Notes: generated by a model not told the origin, from the letters alone. Positions 39,359 through 49,459 are shown, counted from the first letter of the stretch. The stretch: 64,000 nt of DNA from Candidatus Latescibacterota bacterium (GCA_965243025.1 CBDETY010000003.1:4736001-4800000), one strand, 5' to 3'. Numbers and translations: made by a program.

Positions 39359-41235
39359 TCCTGAATCACCACCGGCGAGTTGTCGCGCTCCCGGGCCAGG
39401 CGGGCGATCTCGGTGAATACCGGGTCGCGCGGGCCGCGGAGAAGGATCTCCGGCCCGGCACGCCCCGCCCCCTCGACGGGCAGGCCCGACCAGTGGTCCC
39501 GCGCGCGGCGGGCAGCCCCCCGGCGGCGCGAGGGCGGGTCAAGGAAATCGTAGTCGAACTCTTCGAAGCCCGGCAGCTTTTCCAGCGACCGGTACGCCAT
39601 GTTGCGGACCGCCGAGTACGGATCCTGGAGAAGCCCGGCCGTGAACGGAGCGAGCCAGTCCGATCCCGAGGCCTCGAGCGCGGGAGCCCAGCCCATGTGC
39701 CAGGCGACGATTCCGCGCTGGGCCGCGTCTCCGCGAAGCGCCCAGAGAAGCGAGGCGGCGATCTGCGATTCGTCGGCAGTGAGCTCCGGCTGCCGGTGCC
39801 CGTACCACTCGCTGAGCTTCTCCCCCGTCCAGCCCAGCGTCCTGTCGAGGTGACAGAGGTTGCAGGCGTTGGGCCGGTTCGTCACCGCATTGCTCACCGC
39901 CCGCGGGTTGTCGATGAGATGGGACCGGATTGCGCCCATCAGTGCATAGCTGGTGTGGGGCATGTGGCAGTTGTAGCAAAGACTGCCGCTCGAGTTGGGC
40001 TCGTGATGCGTATGTGCTTCGAGGTCCGCTGCGAACTCGGCGTGGCATTGCAGGCAGGCGGCGTTGCGGTCCATCTCCGGAACGTGCAGCTCGTTGAGCT
40101 GATCCGCGCGGTCGATGTAGCCGTGCATGGAGTGGCACGAAAGGCAGGACAGTTCGCCCCCCTCGAAGCAGGCGGACCCGACGACGCCGTGGAACTCCCG
40201 TCCCCCGGTGCGGTCGACCCCGTCCGACCACCCCTCCATGCGCGAGTGCACGAAGTGGTCGAACACGTCGTCCCCGGGACGGAAGGTCAGCCCGTGACGG
40301 CGCGAATATTCCTTGTCGGGCGGCTTCACGAATGCATGGCACTGGCCGCAGACCTGGGTTGATTTCGGGGCCGGCATCCGGGCCGGGTTGGCGATCGTCG
40401 GATCGCCGGCGCCGGCGGAGAAGTACTGTCCATAGCGGCGCAGGGGATCCTGGTTGACCCGGATGTGCTCGTCGCCGGGTCCGTGGCAGGCCGCGCAGGC
40501 GATCCCGAGCTCGGTGACGCGGAAATCGTAGCGGCCGTTTGCCGGGTCCTTCCTCGGGGCGTAGTCGGTGGCATGGCACTGCGGGCAGGAGAGCCATTCC
40601 CCTTCCTCCACCACCTGCTCCGGCGGCCTGAGAAAGGAGTCGGGGGTTGGTATCCAGCGCTTCTGGTCGATGCTCCAGATCCAGGGGAACTCGACGAACC
40701 CGCCGTCGAAGCCTTTGACCCAGTAGACCTGCATGTGGTGCGAACCGGTCGTCATTACGACGCGCCCGTCCCCGGGCCGTATGCGGGGCGGCATGCGGCT
40801 CCTGCCTCCGGTCTGGGTGAAGGTGAACCAGAACTGGCCGCCCCGCCGCTCCAGCGCCATGCGCCTGCCGCGTCCGACGAGCACCCCCTCCCAGGGCGCT
40901 GCGACCGCCTCGGGCGAGGCCACCTGGGTCATGGTGCGGTGGAAGCTTCGGTGCCAGGAAGCGTGCTCCCGGGGGTGGCAGGAGATGCACCTGTCGGACG
41001 CCGCGTAGCCTTCCCCGGGCGTGAACTCCGGCACCGCCTCGGTCAGCTCGCGGTCGACCTCCGGCCGGCCGAGAACGGCGGCGGCCGCCGCCGCCGCGAG
41101 GAGAACGATCGCAACCAGCGCCAGGAGCAGCCTTCGCCCGGGCAGGAAAAAGGCGGCCAGCAGCGGAAGCATGCCTGCTGTGACGGCGGCAATGAACAGT
41201 CCGGCCTCTACCGATTCGGCGAAAACCTCGGGCAT
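39355..41235 (-). CDS. Membrane-anchored octaheme c-type cytochrome
   Basis: Eight CxxCH motifs (CISCH, CPQCH, CAACH, CGQCH, CLSCH, CLQCH, CYNCH, CNLCH), two N-terminal TM helices and a HEAT-like C-terminus. Confidence 0.9.
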   Translation of the reverse strand: MPEVFAESVEAGLFIAAVTAGMLPLLAAFFLPGRRLLLALVAIVLLAAAAAAAVLGRPEVDRELTEAVPEFTPGEGYAASDRCISCHPREHASWHRSFHRTMTQVASPEAVAAPWEGVLVGRGRRMALERRGGQFWFTFTQTGGRSRMPPRIRPGDGRVVMTTGSHHMQVYWVKGFDGGFVEFPWIWSIDQKRWIPTPDSFLRPPEQVVEEGEWLSCPQCHATDYAPRKDPANGRYDFRVTELGIACAACHGPGDEHIRVNQDPLRRYGQYFSAGAGDPTIANPARMPAPKSTQVCGQCHAFVKPPDKEYSRRHGLTFRPGDDVFDHFVHSRMEGWSDGVDRTGGREFHGVVGSACFEGGELSCLSCHSMHGYIDRADQLNELHVPEMDRNAACLQCHAEFAADLEAHTHHEPNSSGSLCYNCHMPHTSYALMGAIRSHLIDNPRAVSNAVTNRPNACNLCHLDRTLGWTGEKLSEWYGHRQPELTADESQIAASLLWALRGDAAQRGIVAWHMGWAPALEASGSDWLAPFTAGLLQDPYSAVRNMAYRSLEKLPGFEEFDYDFLDPPSRRRGAARRARDHWSGLPVEGAGRAGPEILLRGPRDPVFTEIARLARERDNSPVVIQE

Positions 41236-41445
41236 TGGCGCAGCAGTCTCCCCGTGGATGAGCGCCCGTGAAAATTAGGGTATCCCCCTGGGGGAGTATA
41301 GGAATGGTACGGGCTGTTATCCGGGAGCCCGGTTCGGCCGTATCCTATTGAAACGCTCGTGGATCAGTTGGTTGACACCGCAGCGTCGGGCCCGGCCTCG
41401 ACGAGGATGGCCATGGCGGGCCGGACGAGCCGGGCGCTCGACTCC

Positions 41446-42189
41446 ATGGAAACCCTGATTACTGTAATCGGCCGCGGTCATTCCGGGACCCGTGCCATTT
41501 CCCACACCTTGTACGCCAGCGGCGTCTACATGGGGAATCGCCTGAACCCGTCAGGGGACAAGATCCCGGGGCGGGCGATGTACGACGCGTGCCGGGCCAT
41601 GGCGCGATACGTCGAATGGAAAGGTGGGCTGGCGTGGGGTTTCGATCCCCTGTTTTCGATGCCGATCGATCCGGACTTCGAACGCCACATCGGCACCTAC
41701 CTGGAAGACGTGCTGCACAACCCGACCGCGCACAAGGGGTGGAAGATTCCCGAGACGACCCTCGTCTATCCCTGGATCGCCCGCCTGTTTCCCGAGGCCC
41801 GGTTCATTCTCTGGATCCGCGATCCGAGGGACTGCATCCTGGGCGGCCACAAAACGGACGATTTGCGCGATTTCGGAATCGAATACCCCCGGACTGAGGA
41901 CGTATGCGAAATGCGGGCGGTCTCCTGGTTCTATCAATACCAGTTGATGAAAGCCACCCCGAGGCCGAAACATTCCATCGAGATCCGCTTCGAGGACTTC
42001 GTGCTGAAACAGGAGGAAACCCTCGAACGGCTCGAGGCGTTTCTCGGCCTTCCACTGGGACGGATCGTGGTGCGGCCGGAAGCGGTCGGGCGCTGGAAAA
42101 GGGAGGCTGAACCCCGCGCCCTGCCGTTCGATTTCCTGGCGGATGCCATCGCCGGGAACGGCTATCCCCCGACCGCCGACCTTCCTTGA
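41446..42189 (+). CDS. Sulfotransferase family protein
   Basis: IGRGHSGT (5'-PSB), WKIP, RDPRD (3'-PB), IRFEDF; start may be 41413. Confidence 0.85.
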   Translation: METLITVIGRGHSGTRAISHTLYASGVYMGNRLNPSGDKIPGRAMYDACRAMARYVEWKGGLAWGFDPLFSMPIDPDFERHIGTYLEDVLHNPTAHKGWKIPETTLVYPWIARLFPEARFILWIRDPRDCILGGHKTDDLRDFGIEYPRTEDVCEMRAVSWFYQYQLMKATPRPKHSIEIRFEDFVLKQEETLERLEAFLGLPLGRIVVRPEAVGRWKREAEPRALPFDFLADAIAGNGYPPTADLP

Positions 42190-42276
42190 GTATTCTCCGG
42201 AACCAGGTTTGGAAGTGCCGGCAGTACCCTGGTTCCCGGCCCCGATTGCGAGCGAATCCGGCGGCCGCCCCGGCCC

Positions 42277-43119
42277 TCATCCCCGCGACGGCTCCTCGCT
42301 CTCGGCCCGCAGCCGGGCGTGCACTTCCTTCACCTTGAAGTCGTTCTCGATGACCTGCCGCAGGTGCACCATGCGCTCCGGCCCCGCGGTTCTCAGCATC
42401 TCTTCACCCAGGATGTGGTCGATCCAGAAGCGCCCCTCGTGCGCCAGGGCGTTCTGGAAATCCTCGAGGCGCTCCTCGGGGACGTGCTCGATGAAGTTCA
42501 TCGTGTACATGCGGCGTCGCACCGAGCCGCCGAAGGCCGAGTGCTTGGTGTTGTGCCAGAAGACGACGATGTCCCCGGGCTCGGTCTCGACGATGACGGC
42601 GGGCACCTCCCCGGGGGCGACGCCCCACTGATCCCCGCTCTCCCTGACGGACCGCTCCAGGCTGTCGGCGTAGGCGTCCCCGCAGTGGTGGCTGCCGGGG
42701 ATGACGCGCACCGCCCCGGTGTCGGCGGTCACCCGGTCGAGGTAGAAGGCGATCTTGATGCTGGGGATGCGGGTGCCGCTGTAGCCGTCGGAGTGCCAGC
42801 CGGTGTCGCCGACGTAGAGGTTGCCGTCGCCGCTGGTGTAGTTGAAGTCCTCGCCGAGCAGGCCGGCGGCGATGTCGTGGATGCGCGGGTCGTCGAGGAG
42901 GCTGCTGAGGTACTCGCTCTTGTCGGGGAACGGCACGATGCAGGAGCGCCGGTTCCCGTCGTGCGGACTGCCGTGGTGGCCGCCGCCGTGCCGCTCCCAG
43001 ACGCGCTCGAACTCGGCGATTATCCGGTCGACGCAGTCGGCGAGCAGGCCGGGGAAATACAGGTACCCGAAGGTGTTGAAGAAGTTGATCTGCTGCTGCG
43101 TCAGCCTGGTGCCGGTCAT
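42277..43119 (-). CDS. Phytanoyl-CoA dioxygenase (PhyH) family Fe/2OG enzyme
   Basis: FNTFGYL, WHSD, VIPGSHH, PGDIVVF...H. Confidence 0.88.
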   Translation of the reverse strand: MTGTRLTQQQINFFNTFGYLYFPGLLADCVDRIIAEFERVWERHGGGHHGSPHDGNRRSCIVPFPDKSEYLSSLLDDPRIHDIAAGLLGEDFNYTSGDGNLYVGDTGWHSDGYSGTRIPSIKIAFYLDRVTADTGAVRVIPGSHHCGDAYADSLERSVRESGDQWGVAPGEVPAVIVETEPGDIVVFWHNTKHSAFGGSVRRRMYTMNFIEHVPEERLEDFQNALAHEGRFWIDHILGEEMLRTAGPERMVHLRQVIENDFKVKEVHARLRAESEEPSRG

Positions 43120-43122
43120 CGT

Positions 43123-46100
43123 TCAGAACAGGCTCAACTGGCGGGTTCGCCGCGATTCGGACATCGCCTCTTCCTCTTCCCGCAGGAGGGCCCCTGGTAT
43201 CATGTCCAAAAACCGCGACTTCTGCAACTGCACCCGCTGCCCGTGGCGCATGCGGCTGCGGGCGCGAAACAGGACCAGCTCCTTCCCGGCGCGGGTCACG
43301 GCGACGTAGAACAGGCGCCGCTCCTCCTCTTCATCGCACTCCCGCCCCGGCTCGGCCAGCGGTATCACCCCGTCCTCGACGCCGCAGATCAGCACCACCG
43401 GGAACTCCAGCCCCTTGGCGGCGTGCATCGTCATCAGGCTGACCGTTTCCTGCTGCCTGGCGCCGCCCCGGCGCTCGAAGTCGGCGTCCTGGCCCAGGAC
43501 CACCCGCTCGAGCAGCTGCTCCATGGTTTCCGCGTTCTCCGCCAGCGCGACGAAACGGGAGAACCCCGTCTCCTCGGGCGCCGCATCGGAACCGAACTCC
43601 GCCTGCCAGCAGCGCAGCAGTTCCGCCGGCGGCTCCCCCGCCCTGCTCCGGTAGCGCTCCGCGGCTTCGGTCAGGGCCGCGAGCTTCGCCCGCTCCCGTT
43701 CCGACAGCGACGCGCCGAGGGCCGCCAGGTCCACGGGCCCGGAGGCTTCGAGCAGGGCCGCGGTGATCTGCGCGGTGGCCGCCCGCCCCGGGTTGAACGG
43801 CTGCGGCCTCAGCGCCTCGAGCAGCCGCAGGCCGCTGCCGGGCTGGGCGACCCAGCGCCAGAAGGCAAGCGCCTGCCGCACAGCGGGCGTGTCGAGAAAG
43901 CCGCGCTGGCCGATGAGCCGGTAGGGGAGGCCCTCGGTCAGGAAACAGGTCTCCAGCACCTCGGCCTGCCTGCCGGTGCGGAACAGCACGGCGATGTCGC
44001 CGAAGCCGTACTCCCCGCCGCTTCCCGCGGCGTTGTCGGAAGCGACCATGTCGGCGCCCCCGACGAGCCGGTTGATCTCCCTGACGACGGCGATCCCCTC
44101 GGACATCTCGCTGCCGGTCGCGACCATGCGGATCACCCCCCGTCCCACCGCCGCCCCGGCTCCGTTTTCCCCGGTTTCTTCCGGCGGGCCGATCAGGGAG
44201 CGGCCGGCCCTCACCAGGTACGGGGAGGAGCGGTAGTTGGCGGCCAGGCGGAAGCGCCTGCTTCCGGGGAATGCGGAGTCGAGGCGGGCGAAGTACTCCG
44301 GGTCGGCCCCGCGGAAACCGTAAATCGACTGGTTGGGGTCGCCGATGACGAAGAGGCCGCGGCCGTCGCCGGCCAGCCGGACCGCCAGGCGGTACTGCAC
44401 GGCGTTGACGTCCTGGAACTCGTCGATCAGAAGGCACTGGATGCAGCCGCCGGCGTAGGCGGAGAACCCTTCGTCCTCCTCGAGCAGGTGCAGGAAGTCG
44501 AGGAGGATGTCGTCGTAGTCCCGGGCTTTCAGCCTGGCCAGCCGCTGCTGGTACCCCTCGTATACGCCGGCGAGCTCCTCCCCGGATGCGGCCACATCGC
44601 CCGGCAGCCGCCCCTCGGCCTTCCACCGCGAGATCCGCTCCTGCGCCGCCGCCGGGCGGAAGCCGGCCCCCTGTTCCTCGATCGCGGCGGCGACGATGGC
44701 CCGCGCGTCCTGTCCGTCGATGACGGCGGCTTCCGGACCGCGGCGGAAGGTGCCCATCAGGTGCAGGGCCAGACGGTGGAAGGTGCCGGTGAACAGCCGC
44801 TCCAGGTTCGGCAGCGGCGGGTCCATGGCGCGCAGCCGCTGCCGCATCTCGTCGGCGGCGCGGTTGGTGAAGGTGACGGCATGGATCTTGCCCGGCGAGA
44901 CCCCCTCGCGGCGGACCAGGTGGGCGATCCGCTGCACCAGGGTTCGCGTCTTGCCCGAGCCCGGCCCGGCGGCGACAACCACCGGCCCCGCCGGCTCCTC
45001 GACCGCGGCCTGCTGTTCGCGGTCGAGGGCGGTCCCGGAGAACAGCAGGCGTTCCAGAACCGAACCTCCCTGCTCCAGCAGGGTTTCCACCCTGGCCCCG
45101 CCCGCTTCCGCCGCCATCGACTCGACGACCTCGGCGGCCCGCAGCGACTCCTCGCCGAGGACGGCCCCGATGTCGAACAGCTGCGACTGCCCCTCGATGC
45201 GGCGCCGCTCCTCGTCGCTGAAAACCTCGATCTTCCCGTACTCGCCGTCGTATCCCGGGGCGATCGCCACCTTGCCGCTGCGCATCCGCCGCACTCCCTC
45301 GGCTACCAGGGACTGACCGCTGCATTGGGCGATCTTCGCCGTGTCGGCGTTCCGCAGGATCTCCAACTCCGGGCCGATCTGCTCGACCAGAGCGAAGTAG
45401 ACCCCCTGAACCTTCTTGCTTTTCGGCCCGACCCCCAAAGCCGAGCCGATCACCTCCTCGAGGGGTATGAGGTACTCGAACCGGCGCTCCGGCGCCGCCT
45501 CCCCTTCGCCGCGGTCGGCGAGCTTCTCGACGCGATGGAGCACGCCCACGGTCAGCTTGCGGCCGCACTCCGGGCACAGGCCCGCGGCGGCGATGGTCTG
45601 CTCCGGCTTCCAGCAGACCCCGCACTTGCGGTGGCCGTCGTAGTGGTACTTCCCCTCTTCCGGGTAGAACTCGATGGTGCCGGTGAACCGGCTCGGGTCG
45701 CGGTCGCGCAGGGCCTCGAGCATTCCCCGGTAGGACAGCTCGGTGTCGAAGCAGGTCGCCTCGCGCGCCAGCTTGCGGGGGGAGTGGGCGTCGGAGTTCG
45801 AAACCACCGCGAAGCGGTCGAGCTGCGAGAGGCGGCCGTTCATCGGCGGGTCGGACGACAGCCCGGTCTCGACCGCGGGGATGTGGGGCAGCAGGTCGTC
45901 GAAGCACTCCTCCATGCTGTCGAACCCGGAGCTGGCCCCCAGCACGGCGAAGTGCGGGGTCCAGATGTGGGCGGGGATGAACAGCACCTCGGGACAGACC
46001 TCGAGGCAGATTTCGAGCAGGTCGCGGCTGTCGAGGCCGAGGATCGGCCTCCCGTCCGACTTGAGGTTGCCGATCCGCCCCAGGCGCAGGTTGAAGCGGT

Positions 46101-46476
46101 CGGCGGCGTCGAAGTCGGGGAGGATGACGACGTTGTGGACCTTGCGGGTGCGGCCGTGGCGCTTGTAGATCGAGCTGATTTCGACGGACAGGAGAAACCG
46201 CACCTCGCCGCGGCAGGAGGCCGGCAGCTCCTCCTCCACCGCCTCGAGCAGGTCGCCGCGCAGCCGGTAAAGCCCCTCCTCGGCCGGGACGAGCTTCTCC
46301 TTCAGCTCCGCCAGCCACTCCGGGTGGGTGAAATCGGCGGTGCCGACGACGTCGACGCCCTTGAGCGCCGACCACTTGTGCAGGTTTTCGGGATTGAGCT
46401 CTTTGCTGGTTGCACGCGAGTGCCGCGAGTGCAGGTGCACGTCGGCGACGAAACGCCTGCTGCCGCGATGCGACAT
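43123..46476 (-). CDS. Endonuclease Q-like PHP domain fused to a UvrD/PcrA SF1 helicase
   Basis: ADVHLHSRHS, PAHIWTP, ETGLSSD, NSDAHS, GKYHYDGH...CPECG, PGYDGEYG; then AGPGSGKT, TFTNRAA, DEFQD, GDPNQSIYGFRGA, NYRS, TMHAAKGLEF, EERRLFYVAVTRA. Confidence 0.92.
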   Translation of the reverse strand: MSHRGSRRFVADVHLHSRHSRATSKELNPENLHKWSALKGVDVVGTADFTHPEWLAELKEKLVPAEEGLYRLRGDLLEAVEEELPASCRGEVRFLLSVEISSIYKRHGRTRKVHNVVILPDFDAADRFNLRLGRIGNLKSDGRPILGLDSRDLLEICLEVCPEVLFIPAHIWTPHFAVLGASSGFDSMEECFDDLLPHIPAVETGLSSDPPMNGRLSQLDRFAVVSNSDAHSPRKLAREATCFDTELSYRGMLEALRDRDPSRFTGTIEFYPEEGKYHYDGHRKCGVCWKPEQTIAAAGLCPECGRKLTVGVLHRVEKLADRGEGEAAPERRFEYLIPLEEVIGSALGVGPKSKKVQGVYFALVEQIGPELEILRNADTAKIAQCSGQSLVAEGVRRMRSGKVAIAPGYDGEYGKIEVFSDEERRRIEGQSQLFDIGAVLGEESLRAAEVVESMAAEAGGARVETLLEQGGSVLERLLFSGTALDREQQAAVEEPAGPVVVAAGPGSGKTRTLVQRIAHLVRREGVSPGKIHAVTFTNRAADEMRQRLRAMDPPLPNLERLFTGTFHRLALHLMGTFRRGPEAAVIDGQDARAIVAAAIEEQGAGFRPAAAQERISRWKAEGRLPGDVAASGEELAGVYEGYQQRLARLKARDYDDILLDFLHLLEEDEGFSAYAGGCIQCLLIDEFQDVNAVQYRLAVRLAGDGRGLFVIGDPNQSIYGFRGADPEYFARLDSAFPGSRRFRLAANYRSSPYLVRAGRSLIGPPEETGENGAGAAVGRGVIRMVATGSEMSEGIAVVREINRLVGGADMVASDNAAGSGGEYGFGDIAVLFRTGRQAEVLETCFLTEGLPYRLIGQRGFLDTPAVRQALAFWRWVAQPGSGLRLLEALRPQPFNPGRAATAQITAALLEASGPVDLAALGASLSERERAKLAALTEAAERYRSRAGEPPAELLRCWQAEFGSDAAPEETGFSRFVALAENAETMEQLLERVVLGQDADFERRGGARQQETVSLMTMHAAKGLEFPVVLICGVEDGVIPLAEPGRECDEEEERRLFYVAVTRAGKELVLFRARSRMRHGQRVQLQKSRFLDMIPGALLREEEEAMSESRRTRQLSLF

Positions 46477-46548
46477 ATCCCTTCCTTGGGGGGAGCCGGG
46501 GACGGGAAAGCTTGCGAAGGGCGGTGCGGGGAGAGCGAACGGTTTCCG

Positions 46549-46577
46549 ATTATAGCGGTTCCCCCGCACCTGGACAA
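46549..46577 (-). promoter_or_regulatory. sigma70 promoter of the EndoQ-UvrD gene
   Basis: TTGTCC-17 nt-TATAAT on the minus strand. Confidence 0.6.
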
Positions 46578-46594
46578 ACCGGAGAATCTCACCG

Positions 46595-47773
46595 ATGGAA
46601 ATCGCCGAAGTCCGCGCCTTCCCCATCGAGGCCGCCCCCCGCCCGACGACGAAGCCGCGCGTCCCGGAAATCACGGACGCCCCCCCCATCGTCAGCCCCA
46701 TGCACCGCTATCCCGGCCTCCTGACCCGCTCGCGACGCGCCTGGCGGGACGTCGCCTGCGTGGTCACCGCCCGCGACGGCACCTGGGGCTTCGGCCTCGG
46801 CTGTTACTCCGCAGCAACGGCCCGGATCATCGAGGACCACCTCGGCCGGATAGTCACCGGGGAGAACTGCATGGCCACCGAGAAGCTGTTCGACGCCATG
46901 CAGCGCGCCACCGCCCACTACGGCACCGCCGGCCTGGCGAGCTACGCGATCAGCGCCGTCGACATGGCCCTGTGGGATCTCAAGGGAAAGCTGCTGCAGC
47001 GCCCGGTCTACGAGCTGCTCGGGGGGCCGCAGAAGACCGCCATCCCCTGCTACGCCAGCGCCACCGGCCACAACTGGGGCATCGAGAACAGCATCGAGTG
47101 GTACCTCGAGCTGGGGTTCGACGCGGTAAAGGTCTTCTTCCGCCACGGCCCGGAAGAGGACATGGAGGGGTTGCGCCGCAACGAGGAGTTGGTAGCCAGG
47201 GCGCGCGAGCTGATCGGCGACGAGCGCGAGCTGATGGTCGACGCCTGGATGTCGTTCGACGTCGAGTACGTCGTGCGCCTGTCGGAAGCCCTGAAGCCCT
47301 ACCGCATCAAGTGGTTCGAGGATTACGTGCGCCCCGAGGACCTCGGCAGCTACGTCAAGCTGCGGGAGCGCATCCCCCACCAGATCCTGGCGACCGGCGA
47401 GCACTGGTACTCCATCCCGCCGTTCGCCTTCGCCGCCGCCAACGGCCTCGTCGACATCTTCCAGCCCGACGTCCGCTGGGTCGGCGGCATCAGCGCCGCC
47501 CTGCGCATCTGCCACCTCGCCGAAGCCCACGGACAGCACGTGCTCGCCCACGGCGGCATGAACTACCCCTACGGCCAGCACCTCTCCTTCGCGATGCCGG
47601 CCGTCGCCTGGGGCGAGCGTTCGGAGGGGGTGTCCCCGCCCGGGGTTCCCCTGGAGGAGATGGTGAGACTTCCCGGGACCCCGGTCGTCGAGGACGGCTT
47701 CGTCGTCCCCAGCGACGCCCCGGGGTTCGGGCTCGAGATCACCGGGGAATGGCTCGAGGAGAAGGCCTGCTGA
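46595..47773 (+). CDS. Mandelate racemase/enolase superfamily acid-sugar dehydratase (L-rhamnonate dehydratase-like)
   Basis: ISAVDMALWDLKGK, MVDAW, WFED, TGEHW, QPDV.W.GG, HGG, PGFG. Confidence 0.85.
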   Translation: MEIAEVRAFPIEAAPRPTTKPRVPEITDAPPIVSPMHRYPGLLTRSRRAWRDVACVVTARDGTWGFGLGCYSAATARIIEDHLGRIVTGENCMATEKLFDAMQRATAHYGTAGLASYAISAVDMALWDLKGKLLQRPVYELLGGPQKTAIPCYASATGHNWGIENSIEWYLELGFDAVKVFFRHGPEEDMEGLRRNEELVARARELIGDERELMVDAWMSFDVEYVVRLSEALKPYRIKWFEDYVRPEDLGSYVKLRERIPHQILATGEHWYSIPPFAFAAANGLVDIFQPDVRWVGGISAALRICHLAEAHGQHVLAHGGMNYPYGQHLSFAMPAVAWGERSEGVSPPGVPLEEMVRLPGTPVVEDGFVVPSDAPGFGLEITGEWLEEKAC

Positions 47774-47783
47774 GGCGAAAAGG

Positions 47784-49172
47784 TCAGCCGGCGGGCCAGG
47801 GGCCGGTGATCGCCATGGTCACCCCGTCCTGCTGGGCGTTGACGAACAGGGTGCTTCCGTCCGGAGAAAAGGTCGCCCCGGCCAGCTCCGACGAGGAGAC
47901 GGTGCGCGCCAGCTCGTAGAACGTCCCGTCCGGGCGGATGCCGACCAGGCGGTCGGTCCCGCCGCCGTCCTCACAGAGGATCACGTCCCCCCACGGGGCG
48001 ACGGTGAGGTTGTCGGCGTTCTCCACGAGGCCCTTGTCGTTCGGCTCGGCGTAGAGCATCAGCTTTCCCGCCCCGGCACCCTGCTCCCCCGCGGTGCCCT
48101 CGTGCGGGCTCGGGGTGTAGCGCCAGACCTGCCCCTGCCCGGCGTGGCCGCCGCTGGTGCAGGCGAAGAAGACGCTCCCCAACCCGTACCACATCCCCTC
48201 GCCGCGGGCGAAGCGGGCCGCCCCCTTGTTGTACCCCTGCAGGTGCAGGTCGCCGTCGGGGGACTGCACGTTTTCGATGTCGACCCAGCGCACCGGGAAC
48301 TCGGTCCCGACGGGGATCTCCGTCCTGGCGGAGGCCCCTTCCCCACGCCAGTTGCGGGTGTCGAGGGAGGACTTGTCCAGGGAAGCGAGCGCCTGCAGGC
48401 GCCCCCCCTCCTGAAGGCGGCCCGGCTTGTGGGGAATGAACCGGTAGATCAGGCCGTCGCCGCGGTCCTCGGTCTGGTAGACGATCCCGGAAGCGGGGTC
48501 GACCGCCACCGCCTCGTGAACGAAGCGGCCCATGTCCACCAGCGGCACCGGCTCCTGCAGCTCCTGCTTTTCCGAGGCGAACACCTCGAAGTTGTAGCCG
48601 TGGTCCTTCGTGTACCCGTCCCCCGCCTTGTCGGTTGTCTCCTCGCAGGTGATCCAGCTGTTCCACGGGGTCGGCCCCCCGGCGCAGTTGCGCACCGTGC
48701 CGGCGAGACTGAGGAACTGCTTCTCCACCAGCCCGGTGCGGGTGTCGCAGACGATGGTCGTCACCCCGCCGAGGCACTGGCCGTCGTCGTCGCGCGGGTC
48801 GTAGACCAGCCGTTCCGGCAGCTGCGACAGCAGCTTCGCCTGCTCCCCCTTCGGACCGTCCTCGTCGTCCGAAGAGCTCGCCTCCGAGTTGCACAGCAGC
48901 AGGGTCCTGCCGTTGGAGGCGGGAAAGGCGGCCATGCCGTCCGGGGCCCACGGCACCAGGAAGCCGTCGGCCATGCGCTCCTCGACCCGCGAGACAACCC
49001 GGTAACCGAAGCCGCCCGGCAGCTCGAGCAGGTCGTTCGGGTCCTTCTCCAGGGAACCGAAAATCTGCTCCGGGGACTCGTCGCCGTAGACCCATGAAAG
49101 CTCGCGGAGACCGGCGAACCCGGCGGATACGGCCGCGGTCCTGCGGAGAAACGTCCTGCGTGAAACGGTCAT
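47784..49172 (-). CDS. PhoX-family (DUF839) alkaline phosphatase with Tat signal
   Basis: SRRTFL twin-arginine signal; NCAGGPTPW..WITCEE, GRFVHEA, RGEG, DNL, CEDG, ELAG..FSPDG.TLFVN.Q. Confidence 0.9.
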   Translation of the reverse strand: MTVSRRTFLRRTAAVSAGFAGLRELSWVYGDESPEQIFGSLEKDPNDLLELPGGFGYRVVSRVEERMADGFLVPWAPDGMAAFPASNGRTLLLCNSEASSSDDEDGPKGEQAKLLSQLPERLVYDPRDDDGQCLGGVTTIVCDTRTGLVEKQFLSLAGTVRNCAGGPTPWNSWITCEETTDKAGDGYTKDHGYNFEVFASEKQELQEPVPLVDMGRFVHEAVAVDPASGIVYQTEDRGDGLIYRFIPHKPGRLQEGGRLQALASLDKSSLDTRNWRGEGASARTEIPVGTEFPVRWVDIENVQSPDGDLHLQGYNKGAARFARGEGMWYGLGSVFFACTSGGHAGQGQVWRYTPSPHEGTAGEQGAGAGKLMLYAEPNDKGLVENADNLTVAPWGDVILCEDGGGTDRLVGIRPDGTFYELARTVSSSELAGATFSPDGSTLFVNAQQDGVTMAITGPWPAG

Positions 49173-49459
49173 TTTTTTCCGTCCTTTCCCTGGCGTCCCG
49201 TCTCGTCGTTGCCTCGCACCTCTTCCGCCGACCCGTCCCGGCTCAGGTGGAAAAACATCCCGGCTCCCATCGCGGTTCCCCGTTCCCAGGCGTTGGCAAC
49301 TGTTTTTCAAAAGGGACTGCTGGAGTTTCGCCTCTTCTTGATCGCGCTCATTTTAGCGCAGTATATATGCCTTGACAACCTCGAGCGCCGTATGTCACGC
49401 AATCGCCATCCAACGGAAAGGAGGGTTCGCCGCCGGAATTCCCGGCCGCGGACGGTCCT

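Noticed and set aside
39355-41235. NrfA or hydroxylamine oxidoreductase assignment for the multiheme protein
   Set aside because: No CxxCK motif and no recognisable HAO features; left as an unassigned octaheme cytochrome.
46535-46548. LexA box upstream of the EndoQ-UvrD gene
   Set aside because: CGAAC is present but there is no correctly spaced GTTC half-site.
42319-47919. 1866-aa plus-strand ORF
   Set aside because: Shadow of the phyH and EndoQ-UvrD genes (antisense) and off-frame to the dehydratase; a stop-poor high-GC artefact with no motifs.
49335-49400. Pho box upstream of phoX
   Set aside because: Only an inverted TGACA...TGTCA pair; no 11-bp-period direct repeats.
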